Shown: one piece after another, positions 13,775-24,734 of the stretch | Position numbering within the stretch: the stretch's first letter is position 1 | Layout: each line of letters begins with the position of its first letter | Assembly: GCF_026571515.1 (NCBI RefSeq) | Contig: NW_026862271.1 | Span: 186,001-250,000, forward strand | DNA length: 64,000 bases | Reading direction: 5' to 3' | Origin: Ruditapes philippinarum | Lineage: Eukaryota | Translations under genes and position numbers: made by a program | The notes under the pieces: generated by a model | What the model was told of the DNA's origin: nothing | What the model saw: only the letters and a program-made list of their open reading frames with translations | Databases searched by the model: none

Positions 13775-15124
13775 TGCTTTCACTATAACTAATATATTTA
13801 ATGTATAGGGTAAAATTGTTTAGGGTAACTGTGTTTATTGAATTCTATATTGATTACCGCTTTAAATCAATCATTAATCTTTTATACACTTGTGCATATT
13901 TATCGATCATACTATTTGTGTGTACATTTTATTCTATTGTTATTGTACGTTTGATCAATTGTTCATGAACCACTTAAAACTGGAAAAAACGGGAAAAAGA
14001 AAACCACTTATTATTTCCTTTAAAATGTTTATTTTGCGATTAAATGGAAAACTTAAGTTAAAAAAATAACAGAAATTTTTTTGATAAAATATTTTAGGAT
14101 AAGGTTTAAAAAATGTAATATTTATTGTTAGGGCTCACTTTTTTATATGCAGGTAATTTGCAGTTAAGGAAAAGCCCTTAAAATTGTTTTTAATTTTAAA
14201 TTTTTTTTTAAATTTTAACTATGATTCCCTTCAAAAAACAGCCCAAACAAATAAAAACTTTTACTTTATAGCTTCGTTAAAACCCAAAATATTCTAAAAT
14301 TTTTTTCTAAAAAGTATAGATATTTGGCAAAAAACTAGGGAGTTATTAAAAACAAATGATCCTACTTTGTAAGAATATATCAAGGAATGGTAGGAAAACG
14401 CGATATACGTTTAAGACATGGTGTCATACGTCAAATAAACGTTTCCATACGCATACACTGAACATGTTCAAAATTATTCAACGCATACGGGCGTTTGAAT
14501 TTAATAGCTTTATGCGCACGCTAAAAGCTGGAGATTAGCTACAATATTATAAACTGGAGTCAACAATTTGTTCCTCGTAAATTGCAGGTCAGAAATGCTT
14601 CTTAAACGGTTGCCGAAGAAAACTTTGGCGGCTGATATGTGTCCTGTCGCATTTTTGCTCCTGCAGGCGAAATCATAATAATCACTTTGTCTTGCAGAGC
14701 GCCGGACGAAAACACGAATCTGCTTGCGCCCCGCGGAACAAAAATACGACATAGCACATATCAGCCACCATAAGACCCCATACCCCAACAGAAAAACAAA
14801 CTAACAAATTAATAACTCATGCGTGTATCCCACCCTCCTCTACGGTAAAATAAATATTTTGACAATCCCATTTTAAATTATATGATCACAAAATATCCAC
14901 ACCTTTTTAACATTTGGATATACAAACGGACATGTTGTAATTTGATACCATCAAGTTAAATTTGTTTACCGATATTATGTCAGGTGTAAATGAAGTTTGA
15001 AAGAATGAGGAAGATATAATCTTTACGTCTACACCTATACAGACTTATAAACTAAATAAACACGCTTAAATTCAGGAGTTTTACTGACAGGCTCTCTTAT
15101 TTTATTAAAAGTCAAGTTCAAACA

Positions 15125-17579
15125 ATGCCAGGTATGTGAATTTACAACATTTTTTCTGTATTTTGTTTATACGATCGATTTTTTATGAACATGTTAGTTT
15201 CTTTTCAAGGTTGCATAATATAGTGTTTATCTTTTATTTAGGTCAACAAACAAGAACAAACATATGATCTTAATCTATTAAAGTAAATATAAGAACTGTT
15301 TTCGGAAGACTTTCAGAATAATTATAAATAATTATGTAAATTGTCACTTGATGAAAATAACGTTCAATAAATAAAATATTAATAAAGGTACTATTTTAGC
15401 ATGAACAATTAGAGTCAACCAAAACAAAATATGTTAACATTAAAACAAGCTTCATGACGAGTTGAATATTGTTTAAGATAAATTTAAAACAAACTAATAC
15501 GTTCAGACCTCTAAAAGAGTAAACAATGGCTTTTTTGTCTGACATTTTACCTAACGTAAGTCGGCCTCCATATTGTATTCTAAATCAATAGATATTGAAC
15601 TTTTTCGTGTTGCTTGTTATCATTCAATATAACTTATCAGTGATTTTACAAAATCAGTTTTTGCCTTTTTTTCTACATCCTATTTTGTTTTTCTAATAGG
15701 TGTACATTTATAACTTTAAATGAGATGTATTATGACCGGATTTAAAAGAGGAAGTATAGAACGAGGTTGTTACGTTAAGCGTGAAATTATCATATCATGT
15801 TTTTGTATGTTTCAAAAGAGAAGAATGGGAGAATTTTTTTATAATATTGGTCACTTTGTAAATTGTTGAGAAGTATGAATTCAAAGATGTCTCTCTTACA
15901 AGTGTTAGACATAGAGTTAAAATTTCCAACTGCCAAATTGATAAAAATATAAAAAAAAATCTAATAAATTACCCAGTATATATAAGTTACATATTTGATA
16001 TAAGACGTACGTAACCTTAATTTGCAAATTAACTTCGTTACTGTAAATGGATCATTCGCCGAAACAGTGCCTCTTTTCTCTTGCTTAAGTCACAACAAAA
16101 GTGTCACAACCAAATCACCCTTTTTTGAAGACACATGTCTATGCTTTTAAAATTTGTTAAATATATTAACAGAATTTAATTGTTGCTGCTTCTTTTATAT
16201 ATTGTACAAAATAAATTAAAACGGTAGATAAACCTTTGAATCTTGGCACACGCCTTTGTCAACTTTTCTCCGACAATTACTGTCAGAGGTATTTGATATT
16301 TATATAACTATCAATGTACCAATTGAACATGAAATAATATAGTATCATACTTATTAAGTTTTTAAATATATAACGACACAAGTTTCTTTCTTTTTTTCTC
16401 TAGATTGTAAACCACTCAGTTCACACAGGCAAAATCCACCTGTGTTTACAAAAACAAATATGTTTGAAATCATACCAGACAAGCACGAACTTGGTACGGG
16501 ATCAGAGGTGACAGTAAAATGTGCTCCAAATCTTAAATTACAAGGCGAATCTTCTTTGAAATGCTTAGCTAATGGAGAATGGAATTATACAAGTATACCG
16601 GTTTGCAAAGGTACATATTATTTTGAAACGACCGTTTCATTTTTGAATGTTTTTTTCAAGGTGTCATTTAGTAATCACTGGTAAAGTAGTAAGGTTTTAT
16701 CACGTTAAAACAAACTTAGCAAATGCCGCCTTAAGATTCTCAAAAGAGTTATAATTATTACAACTAAATGAACATCTTAAACATAACGCTGCAGATTGAC
16801 AATTATCTTAATAATAGAACCAGCTCGTGCACTATTGTTTATATTGAAAGAGTAACCGTGCACTTCCGCATATCATTTCAGAAATAAATACAAATGCTGA
16901 CATCTCATGGACCAATACTCCATGGAAAGTAGTTCTTATCTCTGTTATATGGGGAGTTGCAGCCTTGGTTGTACTTGCATTAGTCATTAAAAGTGTTGCC
17001 ATTTGTATTCGGAAAAGGAGAGAAAATAAAAACAAACAAAGGCATTACACATATGGAGGGTCATATAAACGTCATGGAGATAGACATGTACACAAACATC
17101 ACGAAGATAACGATAGGCATCACACCAATCATACTGGCCAGAATGGTCATCATCAATATAACCAGAGTGATCATCATGATGGATTTCATAGTCATCATGA
17201 GAAACATGGAGGACATAACCATCTGAATAAGAGTCATGATAAAATTCATCACCACAGTCACGATCACGGACATGATCACAGTCATGATCACAGTCATGAT
17301 CAAGGAAATGATCACGGTCACGGTCATGATCACGGTCATGGTCGTGATCACAGTCATTGTCACGGACATGATCACGGTCACAGTCATGGTCACAGCCATG
17401 GTCACGGACATGATAATGATCATGGTCACGGTATTCATAAGAAAACTCATCATAAAGGAAGTCATGGCCATGAGGACCACAAAGATAAACATGTTCACCA
17501 TAGAAGTATATACGATCAAGCGTCTGGCCAGAGTGAAGCACTTTCAGCGTATGATGTACCCATGAAAGATTTGAGATAA
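15125..17579 (+). CDS. Single Sushi/CCP-domain transmembrane protein with His-rich cytoplasmic tail (about 303 aa), intact copy 1
   Basis: Exons 15125-15131 (ATGCCAG/gt, tentative), 16404-16610 (phase 1-1 Sushi exon: C...VTVKC..NLKLQGESSLKCLANGEWNYTSIPVC) and 16882-17579 (hydrophobic VVLISVIWGVAALVVLALVI, then RKRR, then His-rich tail) sum to 912 nt with an open frame. Confidence 0.8.
17248..17432 (+). repeat. Coding hexamer/dodecamer repeat (CATGAT/CACGGT/CACAGT) encoding (HD/HG/HS)n
   Basis: Degenerate tandem CATGATCACGGT-type units read directly. Confidence 0.9.
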
Positions 17580-18962
17580 TACCATATATAATTGTATATA
17601 TGACTATATCAATTTGAGTACTTCACCGTTTTTGTAACATTTTCTGTGAAGCATTTTTGCAAACAGGGTCAACATCTATCAGGTCATATTTTTGATATAT
17701 ATTAACAATTTGTTTGATCCACAGGTCATTTGTATGTTTCAGTGAGGTAAATTACACAAAATTACTGAAAATTTTTGTAAATATTTAATCACTTCAACAG
17801 TAATAACTTGCAAAAACAATCGTAACCCCATTATGACAATAATAAAGAGAATGTAAGTTGATAATAAACAAACCTAAAGTAAACATATGAAGTGAAAGTA
17901 AAAAGACAATCGGCGGTTTGATTTTAGGACCGTTGACTTTCTTTATAAAGAATTTTCCCTTGCTTTTGGTAAAAATTTTCACTTTCAAGATGACAAAAAT
18001 AATGATTCATTTATTAAGTTACAGTAATTATAGATAGATATTTATAGAACATACATTTTGTTTTTATTTAATCAGAATTAAAGTGATTTATTGCTTAAAT
18101 TCTTTCAGAAGAGGCCCAATATATCATCCCCCAGATGTTTCTATCACTGATCATACCTAAGTAATAATTTTTCAATTGTGCATAGCAATCTGACAAATTT
18201 CATATATCATTCATGTTTTAACAATATGGTACTATACTAAAAAATTCTAAAACTTACGTAGCATTTGTATTGTTTATGATTTTTAAACTATTTGTATTCA
18301 ATGAATCTGTTTACGCTTAACACTAACATACATGTAATTACAGGTGTCAATAGCTGTTTTACATTTTCAATTACTGTCCTGTTTTCCATATCAATGTTGT
18401 TTTATGTTACTCGTCCTTCTTGATTGCAGTACAATTTGATTTATCTTGAAATGTTTATGCTCATCTTGAAGCATGCAGCTTTAAATTATGAACCGTTACA
18501 TAGTGTCATATCTTGATTTCAAGTGGATTAGTTTGTGACTAACTTGACATAACTTCCTTTTCTTCATCGTTGTACATCCAAATTTCACACTTACTGTAAC
18601 AATTAGTATTTGCACACGTGTTGTTGCTTTTACATCAAGTAAGAGGTTAAAAACATCTTTTGGTGCGAGGTCAAATCTAAACTTATAACCACACTTTTGA
18701 TCTATTCTGTTAAATCAAACACTGTCTCCCGACTAAATATTTCGCTGAAATTGGCGACGACAAGGACCTACACACTATTCAGTTGTACGTCTGAGTGTTT
18801 AAGTACAGCTTATGAAAGTCTAAAACATTACATAAGTAAAAAGAAGATTAGGTGTACTACTTAAAGTCTGTATCTGACTGCTTCTTTCAAAATGTATGTT
18901 TGTAGTTTTGTTTTAACTTTCAAATTTAAATGTATATTTATATGAATCAGATTGGCCGCGTT

Positions 18963-21091
18963 TTACAGGATATTGCATGGCGGTTTCCACCATTTTGCGT
19001 GTTCTGTCTCTTCTTTCTTCTTTAGCAAAGCATCTTCTGAGAAGTAAAGCATTTGCCTTAAAGCAGATGAGGCGAGAATACTTATTTTGTCGTCAAGCTC
19101 GGTCTCATTTTCATAGTTCTTTATTGGAAATACATTGTTACGTGGAAGACCGAGCAGGTCTGCTATCTTCTGAACAGCCTCTTCAACATTTGTGCTTGAA
19201 CAGGCTAAGGAAATATCCTTCTTCACATCTTTACAGAGATTGTCTATTTTTGTTAGAACAACTGTTTGTACTATACCTGTTATAAATATAAAAATGAATA
19301 ATTTAGTAAGTTTATCATGTTATCTCCTATTCGGTGTTTATGTAACGGTTCAGTGTTTTCTGGTTAATCATCCTTTAATGCTTCTATGAAAATGTTGAAA
19401 TAATTCATCACTTAAAAAAAGGAAAAAACAAAAAATGTTTTGATTTGCAAAAAAACTTTTTTTTTTTGGGAAAACAAAGTTTTTAGGAAAAAAAAAATTT
19501 AAAAGGGTTTCAAAAAGAAAAAGCAAAAAGTTAGGTTTTAATAATTTGGTCCTTAACGTAACGTTTTAACCAACCCATAACAAAAAAGCCAAACCCCTTT
19601 CCCCCTTTTTTAGGTTCTGAAAAGGGCTGATTTTTGTTTAAAACCTTTTGATAAAAAAAGTTCCCCTGATGTTTTCAAACAATTTAAAAAACCCCTATGC
19701 AAAGTACTCTAAACATTGGCAGACGGGGGTTTCCGTTAATACCCCAAGAAACTGAATGCTCCCTTGAAAAATAAAAAAAAGAAAAATTAAAAAAATATTT
19801 GAAATTTTTAAAACATTTAAAACAGCAAATTTGCTTTAAAAGGTTTTGTAAAAATATTTTTTGCATATTACTTTTTGTTTTACTTCGTTTTAGTAATGTA
19901 TATTACGGATAGAATAGAAAAATAAGAATTTCCCACAAAAAAAGGCCCAAACGACAAAAAAATTGAAAATGTTGCGGCCGGGGTTTCAATGAGCCTTTGT
20001 TCAAACCCCGGTAACTTTCGAAGTTCAAGTTTCCGCCCCGTCCTATAACCGATTAAGCAGAAATTCAACATTTAAATACAAAATGGTAAAATTTTGAATT
20101 TAAAAATATCCGCAGATGTGTTCATAGGTTATCATGGAACTTTCAATGTTACTCGCTATTGCCATTCAATGAAAAGCGGCATATGGTCCCCAAGTCATAG
20201 AATGCGTGTCCCCCAAACGGGTAAACAATAGGCAGAACTTAATAAAATGGAATTTGAAAGGGGGTCAGAGGTTATGATGACTTCATATCACAGATAAGAC
20301 GTCAAAAGACAAAAGCAAAAGCAGGCAACATTTCCTAAAGATGATTCAACATTATTCAAGTAGGAATATTGGAACCACCCAAATAGAAAATGGCCAAATA
20401 GTTAAAACTTAAATATATTAAAAACACAACAAAAAATGTCGTGCCGAACGATCTATAAGGATCGGACATATAAAAACTCTGATTTAATGTACGGGAAAAC
20501 TTTAACAGCCTCCACACGGCAAAAAAAAACAAACGCTGATGTGGCGATAAAATAGAGAAAATAACAGAAATCCTACAGAGAGTCCAAAACGACAAAATTG
20601 AAAATGTTGCAGGCTCGGTTTGATTGAGTCTGTTCATGGACAGTACTGTTACGTGCAAACTACCGTCCATGCCTTTACACCGGCTTAAGCAAATTAAACA
20701 TTTAGGTATGAAATGGTAAAATTTTGAATTTAGAAATATCCGCAGACGTGTTTATACGGCGGTTATCATGGGGCCGTCAATGCGACATGTTAGTGCCATT
20801 CCATGAAAAGCGGCATATGGTCCCGAGGTAATAGAAAGCAAGTGCCCTAAACGAGTAAACAATGTGCGGAACTAAATAAAATGGAATTTTGAATGAGTAT
20901 TCTATAATCTTATAACATGTTTTTTGACAATTGCAAAGAAGCAATACCTCGTAGTGGTCTTTTATGTGTCCATCCAATAAATATTTGCAGTCATCATGAT
21001 GAAGACCATTGAGTTCTCCATTCCGCGTGTGTCACATAAACAGAAGTTCATGTCTGTACAACTTTGATCTTTTACAGCGTAGGTGGTATAA
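18963..21091 (-). pseudogene. IFI44L: IFI44-like GTPase copy A (5'-deleted pseudogene)
   Basis: The last exon 19276-18963 is intact (TKID, PIKNY, ...PCNIL*). The exon at about 19770-19600 is garbled. The DTRG exon at about 21091-20949 has a frameshift and an AG>AT acceptor change. The first three coding exons and the promoter are absent. Confidence 0.8.
19925..20895 (+). repeat. Two copies of a dispersed ~330-bp repeat in an IFI44-like intron
   Basis: The block TGAAAATGTTGCAGGCTCGGTTT...CACCGGCTTAAGC...GGCGGAACTAAATAAAATGG recurs at 50220-50530 and 50826-51150, inverted at 55070-55460, and as fragments near 2735, 35700, 55830, 56600 and 58780. Confidence 0.75.
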
Positions 21092-21382
21092 TTAAATAAT
21101 GAAGATACTTGTAACATTATTTCCGGGATTCCATTTAAGAAACACATGCGATTTAGCTAAGAGTCTAGATTCAGTATGTTATCAAATTTTTTTTTTCATT
21201 CAGTTTAACATATTTAATTTAAGTTGGAATCCCAAAGTACTGGCTTGGAAATTCCAGCAGAATACGTTATTGAGGTTACTATATCTAGGTCAAGTTTTTC
21301 TAAATTTAAACCGTTAGTCATGTTAATAACCTCTTCATTTGTACGTAAAAATTAAACTTTGTTTTTTTATCATAAATCTGCT

Positions 21383-24300
21383 ATTTATTGGCGACGCCGG
21401 TAAGCGGCGTCGTCTCTTATGGAATGCTTTTTATTTTGGCCTATGGAAGGAGCTGTTATTATTAGCAGTTAATGACATGGTGTGTTAATTAGTCTTATTT
21501 TGATTCGTAAAAATCAAGTAAACAAATATGTTGTTATATTTGTATTTAATAACTTTATGTAAAAAGCATGTGTTATCGTGATATTATTTTCACGAAATTG
21601 CAGGTTAAGTTTAAACAGCTTGTCCCTTATTTTATTGGCAATACTAAAAACCCGGATTTCGAATATCGTTGTGGTCTACATTGATGCGCGTATCCTTCAT
21701 TTATATATTTTCAAAATTTTCCTACAAGAAGAAAGTTCACCTGCAAATGAAGTATAAGAATAGGTAATGGAACTGTTGTAAACGATTATCTTTTGATTTT
21801 ATCCTTATTACGTTTATCTGTTGCGCAGAATGGTTGTTTTTTACAAAGTGTACCAGTATCCGGATGTTGAAAGCTATCCGATTTTCTGCAATTACTGCTG
21901 TCACATGGCCATCTATTTTTAAAAGAATACTGTACCATTAATTTGCATGGCTTAATAAAACTGAGCCTGCAAACATTTCATAATTTTGCTGTTTTAGGGT
22001 GGTTCTGTTGGGTTTCAGGGTTTTTCCTATTTTAAGGGGGAAGTAAAATTTCATTGTTTACCTAAATTATGTTTGTTTCTTTCTATAATGTTTTTACATT
22101 TAGGTTTGATTACTTGTACTTAACTTTTCAATAATGATATTTTTTTTGTAAAATTTTACCAAGTTGTAAGGTCATCAAAAGCATTGTTAATGTTAATTTA
22201 GATTTCATATTTATTTAATAGAAACTGGGAATTTATCAATGTTATTGCATACAGATATCTTAGTATATTTATATTGATGAGACTTATTACATGTTAATGA
22301 TTTCTGAATTTTTAAAGAGACAGTTATGTTCATTGTGATTAAAAGGGATTGAGGACCTTTTCATTCAAAGTTATAAATGTAGTCACCGAGTACTTGATTT
22401 GAAAATGTCCTTAAACTTGGATCAAGGCAAAATAAATTTTATAAAAGTCTAAAAAATCCATTTCAAATAGTTTCTTCTATTTTTTTTTTTCTAACATGTG
22501 TTTATAGTTTTGAAAAAGGAAGTTATTGTCTTATTATTTTAATGGAGGAAACAGAGGTCCTCAACCTCCAGGTCTCCTGATCAACCCCGACAACAGACAT
22601 TACATAGCGTGGGTTGTTATTACCCTTGAATAAAATTTGTTGCACTTAAATTAAATGCGGGTGATTTTTGTGCCCATGAAGACCCAACATGAGTACAAAA
22701 GTAAACACGGCGCCAGATTGAACGAAAAAATGAAAATACAACTCTACCACAAATGGTTCGTTTGTTGGCATTTTCAATGTTTTGTGCGCCCGGATTGCCC
22801 CCTTGATGCAAAATACAAATTCAGCCTTCATAAAAAAATTTCTTATCATAAAAAAAAGGTTAGTTTTTTATCTGTACAAAAAAAGATTATTGTACATGTT
22901 ATTAGCACAGTTATTTGGGCACTTTCAAATTGACCCTGTTATAAAATAATGGCACCAGCCAATAACTGTCTAAGCCCTTTTTAGTAAAATTAATCATCAA
23001 TAATAATATAAATTGTTATTTTAAATAAGACTATGAGTATGTTTAAAATTTTTTTTCTTATTTTATTAAGTTTAAGAATTAATTATCTGTTAATTTAAAA
23101 ATCTAAAAGTTCTGTCACGGTTTAGAACTGTTCACTATTTAGGGGAAGAAAAATGTGTAAGCCCGGCCAGATTAGCTTAAATGCAACTACAGCTGCGGTT
23201 ACATTATTCTGTGGGTCAACAGTTCGAGTTTTGGTCAAGCCTCAAAGTATTTCTTTCATCCTGTGGATGCATATAAGGCAGTGAGTTCAATTCACTATTG
23301 CTCTGTAACATAAGCAAAGTCAAGGACACAAATCAATATAGTGGGGAAATATATGTTGTGGTTTTAGAACTGGTTTCATTAAATTAAAGAGAAAATGGTG
23401 TAGGCCGGCCCGGATAGCTCAGTTTGGTCTTCTTAAAGTCATGGGTTTCGAGTCATGGTCAGGGCAGTTTTTGCAGTCAGGGTTTTAAGAAGTGGTTTTT
23501 CAACTGACAAATGTTTTGATTCATGTAACAGATTTGCATTTAAATTTGAAATGGACAAAGGCAGTATTGCAATGATACTTTTTAGATCTTCAAAGGGCAT
23601 GTTTCAATACAGTTTGATCCCTAAAACTGCACATGAAGAAAGTTCTTTTTTTTTTCTTTTCATTGTAAACTTCAAGCATCCGCCATATTGTACAGACATT
23701 CTTTACATGGGGGTTTAATTCTTATCTCTGAATTAACAGCAGCTGGTGGATGTGGGCTGGGGTCCTCTTCTACACTGCCCTGAAGTACCTATAGTGTACC
23801 CAACGGATGTTCATTTTGGTTCCTCTTTTATGTTTATTATTATGTCAATGGACATGTCTGCGACCCCCTAAGCAAATAAGCTTTTTATTATATGCACAGG
23901 CACGAGATCAGACCTGGGAAGAAAAAATATTGACCAGATTGAAATAAAAAAACCGTGTTTCATCCCTTAAAAAGTGTCAAAACAAAATAAAAATTGCCCT
24001 TTAAAAAACGTTAAAAATGTTTTTTAAAGGAATGGACCCCTTGGGGGGGGGAGGAAAAAATGAAGGAATTAGGGGGGGGGGGGGGTGGGGGTGGGGAAAT
24101 GGTGGGGTGGAGGGGGGGAGGGGGGGGGGAGGTGACAGATGTTGGGAGGGTTAAGGGGGGGGGGGGAGAGGAGGTGAGGGGTGTGGGGTGGGGGAGGGAG
24201 GGGGAGCAGGGAGGGTTGACGAGGGTGTGGGGGGGTGGGGGGGGGGGGGGGGGGGAAGGGCGGGTGGTGGGTGTTGGGGGGGGAGGGGGGGGGGGGGGGG

Positions 24301-24464
24301 GGGGGGGGGTAGGGGGGAGGGGGGAGGGTCAAATAATGTAATAGGTTACTGTTAATAAAGTACACATTTTTTTAAGGTTATTGATAAGGTGCAACAGCTA
24401 GGAATCTAAAGTTCTTTTTGGCGTTCCGCCCCTTTGATGCTGTTGCATCAATGCTTTTCTTGTT
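21383..24464 (-). mobile_element. About 3.1-kb non-autonomous Helentron/HINE (pearl-type) insertion
   Basis: Absent from the paralogous site near 33220. One end is AACAAG plus hairpin TTGATGC-tgtt-GCATCAA (24434-24451); the other has the GC-rich hairpin GGCGACGCCG-gtaag-CGGCGTCGTC (21390-21414) beside a T/A run. Confidence 0.6.
24041..24329 (+). repeat. Poly-G low-complexity tract
   Basis: Nearly pure G runs flanked by homopolymer-garbled sequence; possibly a sequencing artefact. Confidence 0.8.
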
Positions 24465-24734
24465 AAAATACTTAAAAACATTTTATTTACGTGGACGTAC
24501 TTTTTCTTAATCGAACAGTATCATCTGCTTGTGTAAACTACAAAATACGTACTCCATTACGTAATTGGTGTTTGATCGTCTGCTTTTACATGCGATTTCT
24601 GAAAATTGTTCTATTTCTGCTTGCATTGCTACCCTGTGTAATAAAAAAAGAACCAATTGGAAATGCTTTATAGGAAATGAATAAGCTTTGAGCAATTTTG
24701 AAGAAAGAAGAATACTAGGTATGCTTTTTAAATT

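Noticed and set aside
14510-14788. 92-aa ORF with signal-peptide-like start
   Set aside because: Falls in a repeat-like stretch, non-ATG start, wrong strand for the Sushi gene.
16987-17565. Overlapping alternative-frame and antisense ORFs (Asp/His/Arg-rich, Met/Ile/Thr/Val-rich)
   Set aside because: By-products of the hexamer repeat; only the His frame splices in phase to the Sushi exon and follows the TM helix.
23160-23470. Two tRNA-Lys-like heads (GCCCGGATAGCTCAG)
   Set aside because: Anticodon arms are deleted or scrambled; repeat-derived remnants.
24060-24365. Gly-rich and Pro-rich ORFs (extensin/formin-like)
   Set aside because: Translation of a poly-G tract in low-quality sequence; no splice or codon support.
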